NCBI GenBank assembly: GCA_977017575.1
Contig: CDRNVI010000067.1
Coordinates: 124,001-188,000 of the forward strand
Origin: Paramoeba atlantica
Taxonomy: Eukaryota; Protista; Discosea
Length of the DNA stretch: 64,000 bases
Reading direction: 5' to 3'
Under the pieces are notes generated by a model. The model ran no database searches. It saw nothing but the letters and a program-made list of their open reading frames with translations, and was not told the origin of the DNA. Both the position numbers and the translations under genes were made by a program. Shown here piece by piece: positions 1 to 10,478 of this stretch (position 1 is the stretch's first letter; the number at the start of each line of letters is the position of its first letter).

Positions 1-1
1 A

Positions 2-1069
2 GAGGGACACTTTGATGCAGAGACAAATGTTCATTTACGTGAGATCCAATCTCCAACGATTTCACTGAATAGCGAATCCATTCCCTCAAGTCCAACACCT
101 TGCAAAGCCTCGGAAGGCTTCGTGGACGGGGCAATGCAAAAAAAGAATGGAGAACTTCAATCGTCTCGTAGTCCGTCCGTTGAAAGCGCGACCCTAACCA
201 AAACATTGCTTAACGATCACGAATCTAATCATTTGATGGATCATCAAGAAAAAGCAGCTCATCCTCCGAATGACAATAAGATTCCGAGCTCCGAAAAACG
301 ACCCTCCCATTTGGTAAATGCAACAAATCCCACTTTCCCGCACTCCCCGAAACCCAAACCTTTCTACTCTCCACCTTCTCTCTCACCATCTTCTTCCCTC
401 CCCCCTCCTGAAATTCAACAACCCGACACCCCAACCCCCTCAAAACTTGAAACCTCTCAACGAGAATACAAAACCGGGAATCTAATCGCCTCAGCCCCTC
501 TCCCCTGTGAGGGAGCAGAGTCCCCTCTCTCTTACCCTACGATTTATAAACCTCACACAGAAATCCCATTCTCTAAACCCAATCCCACAGAATGCTTGAT
601 TTCTAAATTCACAGAAATCCCGATTTCCCAATCCAAAAGCACAGAAATCCCGATTTCTAAACCCAATCCCACAGAAATCCCAGTTTCTCAATCCGATCCC
701 ACAGAAATCCTAATTTCTAAATCCAATATCATAGAAATCCCGATTTCTAAATCGAACACAGAAATCCCGATTTCTAAACCCAATACCACAGAAATCCCGA
801 TTTCTAAATCCAATAACACAGAGTTCCCCGCCCCCAAACCCCACCCCCACCCCCACAGCGATCTCGGGTCCCTCTTCGCCCCCACCTGCGTCGTCACCCT
901 CGCCCTGCTCCCCTCCACCGCGGGGTACACGAAGGTGATCCCGAGCCGTATCCGCGGCCCCACGCTCGGGTACCACCGGGCGGTACAGATCCTCACCGCC
1001 CTGACCCAGCAGGAGAGGGACCAGGCCGTGAGGGACACCCAGGTGGTGGACGACCCCGAGTGGGTGTAG
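2..1069 (+). CDS. 3' part of a hypothetical Pro/Ser-rich protein with 10-aa repeats (5' end outside window)
   Basis: Frame is open from base 2 to TAG at 1067-1069. Contains TEIPISKPNP-type repeats and a GC3-rich C-terminal segment. Confidence 0.7.
   Translation, partial: EGHFDAETNVHLREIQSPTISLNSESIPSSPTPCKASEGFVDGAMQKKNGELQSSRSPSVESATLTKTLLNDHESNHLMDHQEKAAHPPNDNKIPSSEKRPSHLVNATNPTFPHSPKPKPFYSPPSLSPSSSLPPPEIQQPDTPTPSKLETSQREYKTGNLIASAPLPCEGAESPLSYPTIYKPHTEIPFSKPNPTECLISKFTEIPISQSKSTEIPISKPNPTEIPVSQSDPTEILISKSNIIEIPISKSNTEIPISKPNTTEIPISKSNNTEFPAPKPHPHPHSDLGSLFAPTCVVTLALLPSTAGYTKVIPSRIRGPTLGYHRAVQILTALTQQERDQAVRDTQVVDDPEWV
555..830 (+). repeat. ~30-bp coding minisatellite (acagaaatcccgatttctaaa...), about 9 units
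   Basis: acagaaatcc recurs at ~30-bp spacing, in frame. Confidence 0.9.
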
Positions 1070-1104
1070 AGCCCCGTGGGGTAGGCCTAACCGAAACAAT
1101 AACC

Positions 1105-1258
1105 TAACCAAAAGAATACAATCGATAAAGATTAAGAAAAGATTGTAAGGAAAAAAATCTTAAAAAGAGTGGGGGTAAGCCCCAAGAGACGTAACCAAAA
1201 GAATACAATCGATAAAGATTGAAAAAAAGGTTGTAAGGGATCTTAAAAAGAGTGAGAG
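1105..1258. repeat. Imperfect ~88-bp tandem duplication in the 3' flank
   Basis: taaccaaaagaatacaatcgataaagatt...gtaagg...atcttaaaaagagtg occurs twice. Confidence 0.8.
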
Positions 1259-1697
1259 AGAGGGAGAGAGAGAGTGTGTGCACCCCTCCTTCGCTACTTT
1301 GTAGGGGGTGGGGATGGGTGAAGGAAAAGAAAGGAGGAAGAGATGGGATAGTAAAAACGGTTGTATTTATAAATCGGGTGTATTTATTTATTTACGTATG
1401 CATGTATACGTGTAAATGGTAAATACAAGGGTAAATTAATTTTATAATTTTAATAAGGTTCTGGGTTGTCTAACATAATGGGCGATGAGCTTCTATTAAC
1501 ATCCTCAGCGATTGCTTTGGATCATAGTGTAGAGGGAACATTATTCTGTAGAGTGAAATATGATTCCGCGTCAAAAATTTCTTTTAAGCTTGTCTTTTTC
1601 ATCGCTTCTACTTTATTTTAATATATTTTTTATGCTATAAATTTATGTGATCCGAAACTAATAGTTTCGGATAATTAACATGTAAACCATAGTTACT

Positions 1698-2770
1698 ATG
1701 GTTCGAATGTTTGCTTTGCTCATACTTTACAACAGTGCGGATAATTCTGCGACTTCAGCTTCGCGTGCTGGAAAAGTGAGGGATATATTTCTTCCTCAGG
1801 AATATGACCTTGCAAAATTTATTTGTGATATTAAGAATCCACATGAGTCATAGAGTACTGCCACACCTGCATGTCAGTGGGATGGAGTGGACTGCAATGA
1901 TGAAGGTGAAGTCATTAGCATTAGGCGGAACAATCGAGGGGTACGGGGAACTTTGCATTGGGAACATTTACCACGATCTCTCACATGGTTAAATATTTCT
2001 GCTAACGAGTTGTGTGGTGCAGTAGATTTTTCAGTATTGCCTCAGGATATATGGAAGATATATGGAAGATAAAGATATAGTTTCTGTACCTTGTTGGTAC
2101 ATTTTCCCTAGTTCGTCCTTTCTTTTCCCGGAAACGGGCATACTCTTAACCTTTTATGTATGTCCGTTTCCGGCTGGTGCTAGGGCCGGAAACTCATCTT
2201 TCCGTTGAAGAGGGGCCGCCGCTTCGCACTCACGTGAAGCGCGTCAGACGCGCCGAATGCCCCCGCTGGATGGACGCCGGGGAGAGCCTCTCAACGACGC
2301 TGCGTAGCCGAAAGGCTTCTTGCAGCCTCTCAACGACGCCCCCCGCCGTGGAAGTCCAGTGCCCCCTTCACCCCCCCAGGCGCTGCAGAACCTCCCTTGA
2401 GGACCACGCGGCGTGGCCATAGGCCGAATCCCTGCGTACGAACGGCGTTGAATGCGCTGTAATGGCCGTTGATAACGGTCGTCGTACGACAGGAAGATGC
2501 TCTGCCGGCTCGCCCGGTATGAACCTGAAATGAAATGGACAGAAATTTGTTTAGCGGAGAATTCGATATGAAAAAGCTCCCCCCATAGTGACTTATCTGG
2601 ATGTATCAGACAATAAGTTTAGTGGCTTAGTTGACCCCTCAAGTCTTTTGCATATGCCTCTAGCAGCTGGTGATTCATACCTTGATATAGTGGACAAATA
2701 TGAATTGAGAGGCGCAGTGTCTAAAAAGTGGATTCTTGATAAGATGTGGTTTGTTCCGGAAGAAGAATAA
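1698..2770 (+). pseudogene. LRR-family pseudogene (nonsense codon plus two retroposon insertions)
   Basis: Reads MVRMF...RAGKVRDIFLPQEYDL...NPHES*STATPACQWDGV...LPQD, then an insertion at 2066-2535. It resumes DRNLFSGEFDMKKLPP...MWFVP, then a SINE inserts at 2760. Confidence 0.9.
2066..2535 (+). mobile_element. SL-exon-headed structured retroposon, copy A
   Basis: 2066-2096 matches SL nt 9-39 (aagataaagatatagtttctgtaccttgttg), followed by GT. Has a 16-bp hairpin and ends cgcccggtatgaacctgaaatgaaa. Near-identical body at 55436 and 61935. Interrupts an LRR frame. Confidence 0.85.
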
Positions 2771-3184
2771 GAAGAAGAAGAAGACACGGAGGGCTCTGCA
2801 GTGCCAACCGTTAAGGTAGAGTCTCAGGTCACCGACCTTCATTGTTTTGCTACCCCCTTCCCAGACGGCACTCGACGCCTTGCGGTCCGAACACGGCTAC
2901 CCAACCGTAGCTACCAGGACAGGTGTCCACCCCGTTGCATCGTGTCTCAAGCCTCATTTGCGTAAGCAACTCGCAATTTAGCGGCTGCGCTGGAGCTGGG
3001 TTCAGCTCGGCGGTTCCGGGTCGCTCCTCCAGGGGAGCGGGGTTGGGTGTGGGCCTTGAAGGTACTCCTGATCGCTTTCCCTTTGTAGTGAGGCCGCCAG
3101 GTTGCGAGTTTTGTCGATAGCGGGAATCGAATCACCAACCTGCAGGTTGTAAGGCCCACCGTCTGCCAACTGCACTCGCACCGC
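2760..3184 (-). mobile_element. tRNA-headed SINE with (TTC)n tail and 13-bp TSD
   Basis: TSD TGGTTTGTTCCGG at 2747-2759 and 3185-3197. Minus strand starts GCGGTGCGAGTGCAGTTGGCAG (A-box-like), has a CTTACAA loop and GATTCGATTCC (B-box-like), and ends tcttcttcttcttcttattcttctt. Confidence 0.8.
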
Positions 3185-3239
3185 TGGTTTGTTCCGGGAT
3201 CCCTCGTTTGCTCCATGAATCCCTGTTTTGTTCCGGAAT

Positions 3240-3464
3240 CCTGGTTGGAATAACTGTTCTAAACCACATTCCCGGTTAACATACCCCCCTGGTATGTTGT
3301 CGAGGTATACAGTCGTTTCAAGATATATCCCCCCCGGAGGAATTTTGAATTTTTTTATCTATTTTTTCTCATTTTCACAGCATTGGATAGATCTCGTTTC
3401 ACTGGTGAAGCGTTTTGCTGCCCTTTTTTCGTATGGACCCCTTGATACCCCTTGGGTCCAAAAA
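3240..3464. mobile_element. Remnant of the same MITE family as 31760-32196 (host of copy D)
   Basis: About 130 bp matches the reverse complement of 31980-32110 (ttctcattttc.cagcattgg.tagatctcgtt...). Confidence 0.65.
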
Positions 3465-4053
3465 TTTGATGTTCATGCGCTCATTGGCGCAGAGATACAG
3501 CCCTGGATGCGACGGCCGATATCATCGGCACATGATTCGTCCACAACGGATTCGCACCAAGGGGCATTCGGCACGGACTCTGTCGGTAGAGGGGATCCAG
3601 GCAACTCGCCCTCTCTTTAAGCAGCCGGAGGGGCGTACTGGAACCGACTCGGTCCCAGTTGGTAGAGGTGGTCCAGGCAACTCACCACCTCTTTAAGCAG
3701 CCGGAGGGGCGCACTGCAACCGACCGCTGCCTCGCGATAAGACGAGGCAGAGCCACTCCCAGTGGTCTTCAAGGGAGGCCACCAGGGCGCATGTCTCCTC
3801 GGGAAGGAAAGGGCGCGAAAGGAAGAAATCCGGGGAGGGAAGTAAACTCGCTCAAAGAGTGAGCCGGGGAGGGGTGATGGGGTGGAAGCCCGTCCCCTAC
3901 TTCGCCGAGAAAGAGGGACAGTTTCGACCTTAGTGCCGGCCGGCAACGGGCATATGAACAGTAAGACTATGCCCGTTGCCGGGGAAAGAAAAGATAAACT
4001 AAAGGAAAAAGTCCCAACAAGGTACAGAAACTGTATCTTTATCTTTAATGGTT
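3465..4053 (-). mobile_element. SL-exon-headed structured retroposon, divergent copy D with a full 39-nt SL exon
   Basis: Minus strand begins AACCATTAAAGATAAAGATACAGTTTCTGTACCTTGTTG (39 nt). It has a perfect 15-bp hairpin co-varying with copy A, an internal ~78-bp tandem module, and a 3' end atgaacatcaaat like copy A. Confidence 0.8.
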
Positions 4054-4318
4054 TTGGACTTCCTTCGATATTTATCAAAAATCAAATTTATCAAAAAAAA
4101 ATATTTATCATAAAAATCTTGTTTTGGCCATTTTTCGGGTCACCATACATATAAATGCATATTAATATATATCATAATTTATGTATGAGCACCAGGGAGT
4201 CCTTGTGAAAAAAAGCGCTTCCCTAGGGGAACGAGATCTCTCGTTTGCAACAAAAAAGAGCAGACGGTAGAGTGCTGAAGAAATAGAACATTTCTTCAAC
4301 TTTCAACTACAACTGTAA

Positions 4319-4365
4319 GCGTATGGTGGGGTATACCCGAGTCATTGTTTACTTCACGCCAATAA
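4319..4365 (+). pseudogene. Orphan 3' end of an LRR paralog (VWWGIPESLFTSRQ*)
   Basis: Matches the last codons of the 4564-5160 gene (gcgtatggtggggtatacc.ga.tcatt). Confidence 0.7.
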
Positions 4366-4367
4366 GT

Positions 4368-4445
4368 GAGGGGCTGCGGGTGAGGCCCAAAACGAGATCA
4401 CGCGAGATCATACGAGATCACGCGAGATCATACTCGCAGCCCCTC
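4368..4445. mobile_element. 78-bp mini-MITE, GAGGGGCTGCG TIR family
   Basis: TIRs gaggggctgcgggt / actcgcagcccctc with internal 10-bp repeats. The paralogous empty site at ~59465 shows AAGT duplicated (or AG, depending on the boundary). Confidence 0.8.
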
Positions 4446-4563
4446 AAGTGTCGGTAATACTACTTACCATTGCACACGGCACGTCTATAGTAGTATACAC
4501 TACAGTGTACTACTAGCCACTTTTTTATCGGCACACTGAATTTTTCTCCCATAAAATTTCACT

Positions 4564-5160
4564 ATGTTCCTTAAAGCTGAAGAGACGGATGTTCCCGTCC
4601 CTTCAAGTTCACGCATTGGAAAGGTAAGGGGAACATTTCTTCCTGTGGAATATGAACTCGCAAAGTTGATTAGTGATGTTGAAAATCCACATGAGTCATG
4701 GAGTACTACCACGCCTGCTTGCGAGTGGGATGGAGTGGACTGCAATGATAAAGGAGAGGTTATAGAAGTTTCGTGGGGTTTTCGGGGGCTACTTGGAACA
4801 TTACATTGGGAACATTTACCGCGGTCTCTCACATCTTTAAGCGTCTATAATAACCAGCTTCGCGGCCCTGTCGATTTTTCCTCATTACCCCGAGGCTTGG
4901 CTCACTTGTGGATAAGTTCAAATGCCTTTAGTGGGGAACTCCATTTCGAACATCTTCCACCAGGGTTAAGGATTCTAAATATATCAAACTGTCACTTCAG
5001 TGGCTTTGTGGACTTTTCGTGTCTTCAGCGTTCGTCGCTTGCAAAAGGCGGTTCAGGCTTTGACATGAGGAATAATCCCGAACTCAAGGGATCGATTTCT
5101 AAACGAGCTGTTCCTAAAGGCGTATGGTGGGGTATACCTGAATCATTTTTTACGGACTAA
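4564..5160 (+). CDS. LRR-family protein, 198 aa, intact
   Basis: N-cap TPACEWDGVDC..GEV, then W.HLP and LxxLxLxxNxxSG repeats. Confidence 0.9.
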   Translation: MFLKAEETDVPVPSSSRIGKVRGTFLPVEYELAKLISDVENPHESWSTTTPACEWDGVDCNDKGEVIEVSWGFRGLLGTLHWEHLPRSLTSLSVYNNQLRGPVDFSSLPRGLAHLWISSNAFSGELHFEHLPPGLRILNISNCHFSGFVDFSCLQRSSLAKGGSGFDMRNNPELKGSISKRAVPKGVWWGIPESFFTD

Positions 5161-5942
5161 GTGCCTGAATAGTTCTCTGTTGCTCTTACGTTTTCTGTGC
5201 ACTATTTCTGGAAAGGAAAAGTAAACCTGTCAAGAGGCAGGAACAAGACGAAATGTCAGTAACACATGAAATTTGTTTCTTTTTAAATGGGGTTCTTTAG
5301 GAGCTTTCTTGAGCCCAAACCATATTTTTGCATGAGAATTGCTAATCCCTGACCGGTCTACTGATCAGGGTCTCCACATCAACCACTGCCTGTCTCGAAA
5401 CGTTTCTATGTATTTTTTACATAAATTATCACAAATTATATTGTCGTTTTTCAATCTCAAAGGCTGAATGAACTCATTCAAGTTTCTGAAATTGGGCGGA
5501 TGTGTATATTTTTTGTTATCAATCCACCGAATTCCTAAATTTAGACGACAGTGGTGATCAGCGTCTTTTACCCCCCCTACAGGTCTTGTATTTTGTCCGA
5601 TTTTGGAAATATTTGGTATACATATTTGGTACCTGCACACACCTGCACACACCTGTACCACCGTTTTTCGACCCAATCGTTTCAAATTCGAGGTCCTTTT
5701 CACTCGAGCGACCCCCTACCCCCCTAGCCAAGTAGGGGTCGAAAAAGCTAATTATAACTTTTTCGGGTGTACTTTTTCGAATGTTTGGGATGAACAGTAG
5801 TAAAGTAAGTCAGAGGGCTGAAACCTGGAAGACCCTGTCACTTACCAGGGGGATCGGTCGGGATCGGTCGGGATCGGCGCTTGAGTAGCTTCTTAAGATA
5901 CTGTATTTTTTACTACTTTGACCTTTTTTCTACCACTTTTTA

Positions 5943-8279
5943 CACTGCCGCCAAAAATTATTGAATTTTTAATTGGTGTCGAAACCGGACAACTTTTAAT
6001 TTAAAATTTAATAATTTTTGTGCCAATAATTTTTGTAGAAATGTGTACATGCGCAAATCTTGGGCTGTGGGAAATTAAGCGCCCGTCGTAGTGTTTTCAC
6101 GTTCTTATTGACTACCGTGGGTTGGCGGGTTGCTCGTCTCATGGCCTTCGTCAGGTGGAGTGAAATGGTGCGAGGGTGCATTCCAACAGAGAATTTATCA
6201 TTGTACTCTTATTGGTAGATAAAAGCAATGCATGTATTAAAACAATGCAGCTAATGTTGCGTACAAAGGTGAATAGCAAAAAAGAGCGCGCGTTAAAATA
6301 TTTCATTTTAATATCTAGTGCGGGGAAAAAGTGTAGACCGATAGAACAAAACATGGAAAAAACCCCACAAAATATCAGCATAAAATCTGAGTAAATGCTA
6401 TTGCGCACTTTCACAATTCAATACCATCAGAAAATTCAATACAATCAAAAATATTTTGGAGGTGCTCATCAAAGGGGGAGTCACAGCAACTAAACTTTAG
6501 GACCGATTCCGTACGATGAGAGAGGAGTAAACGTCAGACTCTGAGCGGATTTATAGAGCTCCTTTTGTCTTCGCGTCATTCCACGAAGTCGCTGGCGTAG
6601 ATTCGTGATATCTTCAGCCTCTCGTCTCTGGAGTTCCAGTTCTTCAGTTGAGAGTACCTTACGAGGTCGGCCGCGTTTTCGCTTTTCTCCAGGTGCGCTT
6701 CTTTCGATTGTGGCGCTTGCTGTCGAATTTTCGTTCTCTTCTATTATATTGATGTCCCCTTCTGCGTTCCCAATGGATGAGGTGTTAATTTCGTCGGAAC
6801 CTTCATCATCCAAGAAAATCGCACCACTAGACGTATGTAAATGAGTTTGCAAATGCTTGTAGACATCGAGACGTGACGGTCGGTTTTTTTTGCTGCCAAA
6901 TAACACCACTGGAATTTCGGTTAATCTGAGCTTGGGGAAGTTCTTGCATAGCCTGCACAATGTACGACACTTTTTTCTCTCGGCAAAGTGTTCGCGATGT
7001 GCAAATAACGTTGGAGATGGCTGAATTGAGGTCGGAACGCGCAAAGATGCGGGATACATCATCGCTGTAGAGCTGAATAGCGCGTTGTTTTAGGCCAGAG
7101 ATTACAAACTGATCTGCAGGTTGAAAGACATGCGTCATTTTCTTGGGAATACGAACTACGTCGCAAGAAGAACCAAGGAGAATCTCATCAGTACCACTAT
7201 GCTGAGTGGCTTCATCAATAATCAAAAGGGCGGGGGCAGCGGGCTTCTTCATAGCTTCACGTTCGGAGGCAAGTATCTCCTTAAAGCGACTCAAAAAAGT
7301 TGCCCACGTCGAGGCGTCTTGAAAATGAGAACCTTTCCGGGCACATGTAGAACACATGGGTCGCTACCAACATTGACGAATACGCGACTCGTTCCCTGGA
7401 ATATGAACTGTAACATTTTGATTTCTCCAGCTGCAGATGAAAGAACGTTGCGAGTGAAACCCTGCTTTTCACGACGAACTGAAATTTTGCGGGACTCGCC
7501 TGGATTAATGCGTTCCCAGGTCCAAGTGGCATTTGCTTGTCCTAATCCCAGACACACAAAGAATTCGTCTGTGTTAAACACAAGCTCTTTTTCACAACGA
7601 TTTTTATAGCTTTCAAGCTGTGAAAAGAATGTTTTAGATGCCTCAACAACTTCATTCGGCGTAACAGTTCGATCGCTAGTAGCGTGGCGGACACGAATGT
7701 TATTTTGCTTCATCCAGTCCTTTGCCCATGATAGCGAAAACTTCAGAGGACCCCCCTTTAGGGATGTGGATTTCGGGGAAGATTGCTCTTTGATACCGCG
7801 GGCCACACTAGCTACAAGAGCCGCGTACACTGGGACAGCTTGCTCCCTCATTTTATCGAAAGCTTGAAGGACAAGTGAAGATTCCTTTCCCGTAAGTAGG
7901 CCACGCCGGCCGCGACTACCGATGTTTTCTAGCGAGCGCATGCCCTTATATTGCGAAACGCAAGCAGCCGAAATTACTCGTCCAAATTGATCCAAAAATC
8001 TCTCCATAACTAGTGCATTTTTACATGCACCTCGAGTGTTGTCAAAAAGCCATTCGCGCTCGTCCGGCGCTAAATCTTTCGAGGACGGCTGACTTTTCTT
8101 CGTCTGATGGATCGAATTCGCTACCAAAAAATGCTGAGCAATGTCCTGGTTGACCATCTCGAGCGGTTGACAAAAAATAAATAATAAATAAAACGCAGGC
8201 AAAAAACGACCATTTTTAATTAAAAATTCAATAATTTTTGTACCATGAATATTAGCGACAATAAAATTTGACTGGGGTG
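5943..8279 (-). mobile_element. pogo-like (Tc5/CENP-B HTH + DDE_1) transposon, frameshifted
   Basis: ORF 7291-8202 has FSLSWAKDWM and VFNTDE; ORF 6827-7357 has LLIIDEATQH and THVFQPAD; AT-hook KRGRPRK at ~6660. A perfect 23-bp inverted repeat lies at 5952/8218, with TA flanks. Outer ends are approximate. Confidence 0.75.
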
Positions 8280-8291
8280 TATTCTTTTTTA

Positions 8292-8386
8292 GGCTTTTCG
8301 TTAAACGTAGTGGTTGTTTTCAACTTAGATGACAGCACTGCTGCGCGCTTCGCCTTGAAAACTACTGCCGCGTTTAACGAAGAGCC
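8292..8386. mobile_element. Short foldback/MITE (ggcttttcgttaaacg / cgtttaacgaagagcc)
   Basis: Imperfect ~35-bp inverted repeats flanked by TA. The same right end recurs at ~50370-50405. Confidence 0.6.
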
Positions 8387-8534
8387 TAAAAAAATTGGAG
8401 AACGATACTAAAACGACAATGATCGTATCTACAACTTTGCTCGTATCAACTTTGCTTGTTAAGTTTAGTACTTTGCTTGTTAAACAGAACAGTATGGGCT
8501 TTTAGAGTGGGGAAAGTCCTTCAACAAAGTACTT

Positions 8535-9070
8535 TCAACAATTCAATCCCTGAATGTATTGCATCACGCAATTCCCCCCTATTTTGGGACATTTAGTGTT
8601 TTTGTGTGATTCAATTTGTCCCCAAATATTTTCGATGGGGTTGAGATCAGGAGACTTAGGGGGCCAAGCTAACATTGTGACACTATTTTCTTCAAAATGG
8701 TGAGGGGTCAAAATCATGAGGGGCCCACTCCGACAGCTCGCGGCACAGCCCAATTCGTTTCTTCTTGTGGGCAGTCGCGAGAGCTGGATGACGGGGGACA
8801 GTGCGCAAAATGAAGCTTTCACGCTTTAAAGTGCGCGTGATAGAGCGCCGGGTACAATAAAACCCTTCGGACTGACACGAGGTTCGACCATGACGGAATT
8901 CCATAAGGCAAATCTCGCGTACCTTCATCAATGATGGTTGTAGCTCGGGTTATTATTATTATCCACGTCTCCTGTCTCCTCGTATCGCTGAATCCAACAC
9001 TTCGCAGTGTTCTCGTGACAACCTGCTTCGCGTGCGTCAGAGGTTTTACCAATTGGATGAACTTCTTCAA
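8535..9070 (-). pseudogene. Tc1/mariner (DDE_3) transposase remnant
   Basis: Contains WPPKSPDLNPIENIWGQIE; frameshifted pieces upstream. Confidence 0.85.
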
Positions 9071-9995
9071 CCCCTCAAAAGGCGTTAGTCGGATAGGAAA
9101 ATGATCTGAGCAGGGGTCAAAGTCACAGAGGACGTACTTTAAATCAAAGAACGCTCAGCTAAAGCAAAAGAATCAGACGACAAAGGATACACGCAGCAGA
9201 GATTTGCACTCAAGTCCAAAAGAGCGAAAGAGGAGAAACAAAAATATAGAGGAAATAATACAAAAATACCCCCTATAATTATAGGGGCTTTCTATTTAAT
9301 ACTAAATGTGTGTTTAGTTTCTCCTACCTATGAACATTGTTTCTCCTATGAACATTGCTTTTAATTTCTAACAATTGAAAAAAGAAATTGAATGAGTTTC
9401 CGTAAAAAAGTGGTCGCTATTTCTTTCGCCGAATTTCTAGAACTCGCGTTTTCACCAAGTCTTTTCTTCCACGTAAATTCAACCAGGACCGGTGGGATCG
9501 GCCGGGATCGGCCGGGATCGTAAATCTCTAGTTTCAGCCCTCTCAGAAGACGCGGAAAAGGAGTGCAAAGTAATCTCTAGGATTTAGTCATATGCCCTTT
9601 GGCCTCCTTGACCAAGAGTAAGCGCTTACGATTGTCCCGGAAGATATTCTTAAACGTTTCCGGTTGAATTAAAAAAAAGCGAAAAATTTCAATGATGGAC
9701 CCGGGGTTAAGTTTATGAAGTTTTGCGACTGCCTTATAGGACTTAAGTCGCTCGTATAAGTGCCGTGCGCATCTCGGGGCGCACGAGAGAGGAAGGTAAA
9801 CACAAGAGGCGGTGCTTCTTCGTCATGAATCACCAAAAATGTATCGCTTTTTTGAAAAGACCATATTTTTGCATGAGAATTGCTAATCCCTGACCGGTCT
9901 ACTGATCAGGGTTTCAACATCAACCACTTTGCCTGCCGCGAAAGTTCAAAAATCTTCAGAAAATACACTCCAAATTAGGCCGTAAGAACAATTTC

Positions 9996-10397
9996 TTAGC
10001 AAAAAAGATTTAAATCCGAAAACACTCTCACTAAAGGAATACTTTTACGCTTTCGTATGCTTCCGTTGCACTTCTCTGTTACAGCACGGAGGCGTTCCTT
10101 TCGATTTTCTTCAATTCTTCCCAAACTCCCCCCTTCGCATACGAGCCTTTTCTTAACCATGAAGTTCGTACCCTCAACAGTGTTCGTATGAACACCATCT
10201 TCCGTCACCCACTCGTCTTTATGAACTCCAAAGGGATCATTTTTGGTGGAAGGGAAAATGGACCCCCTTGGCTTCAAAAATAACTTCTTCATGTTTTTGG
10301 TCGAGAATGGGTCATAGGGAGGATTAACTCTTTTTTCAATGAACGAGGGCAGAGCGGAAGTTATAGCCACTGTAATCGGAAAATATTGCATTACCAT
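9996..10397 (-). pseudogene. Merlin/ISXO2(IS1595)-like transposase C-terminal remnant
   Basis: WVTEDGVHTNTVEG matches the HTNxIE motif; homologous to 48830-49400. Confidence 0.7.
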
Positions 10398-10478
10398 GTA
10401 TACTCTTTTAAATCCTTTTCTAGGGGTTTTCTTTTTGAGAAAATATTAACTCCTTCGACCGCTTTTAATTGACGCCCT

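Larger units (their letters stand above)
5813..9542. mobile_element. PIF/Harbinger-like shell (GAGGGCTGAAAC TIRs, TCA TSD) containing nested elements
   Basis: TCA|gagggctgaaac ... gtttcagccctc|TCA, with 10-bp gggatcgg(t/c)c repeats near both ends. Confidence 0.7.

Noticed and set aside
2156-2422. ORFs in the SL-headed elements (also 55562-55913 and 62059-62455)
   Set aside because: GC-rich shadow ORFs with inconsistent frames and starts between copies; no RT or other domain.
2066-2535. Reading the element on the opposite strand as a SINE with an (ATCTT)n tail
   Set aside because: The apparent tail is the reverse complement of the SL exon (exact 39-nt length and AAC start in copy D), and the G-U wobble only works in the SL-first orientation.
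3560-3730. CRISPR array
   Set aside because: Only two units, with no unique spacers and no cas genes; eukaryotic context. The same applies to the other short repeats.
3465-4053. Functional SL RNA gene
   Set aside because: The donor is GG not GT, it sits inside a MITE, there is no tandem array, no clear Sm site or T-tract at the expected distance, and relatives are 5'-truncated insertions.
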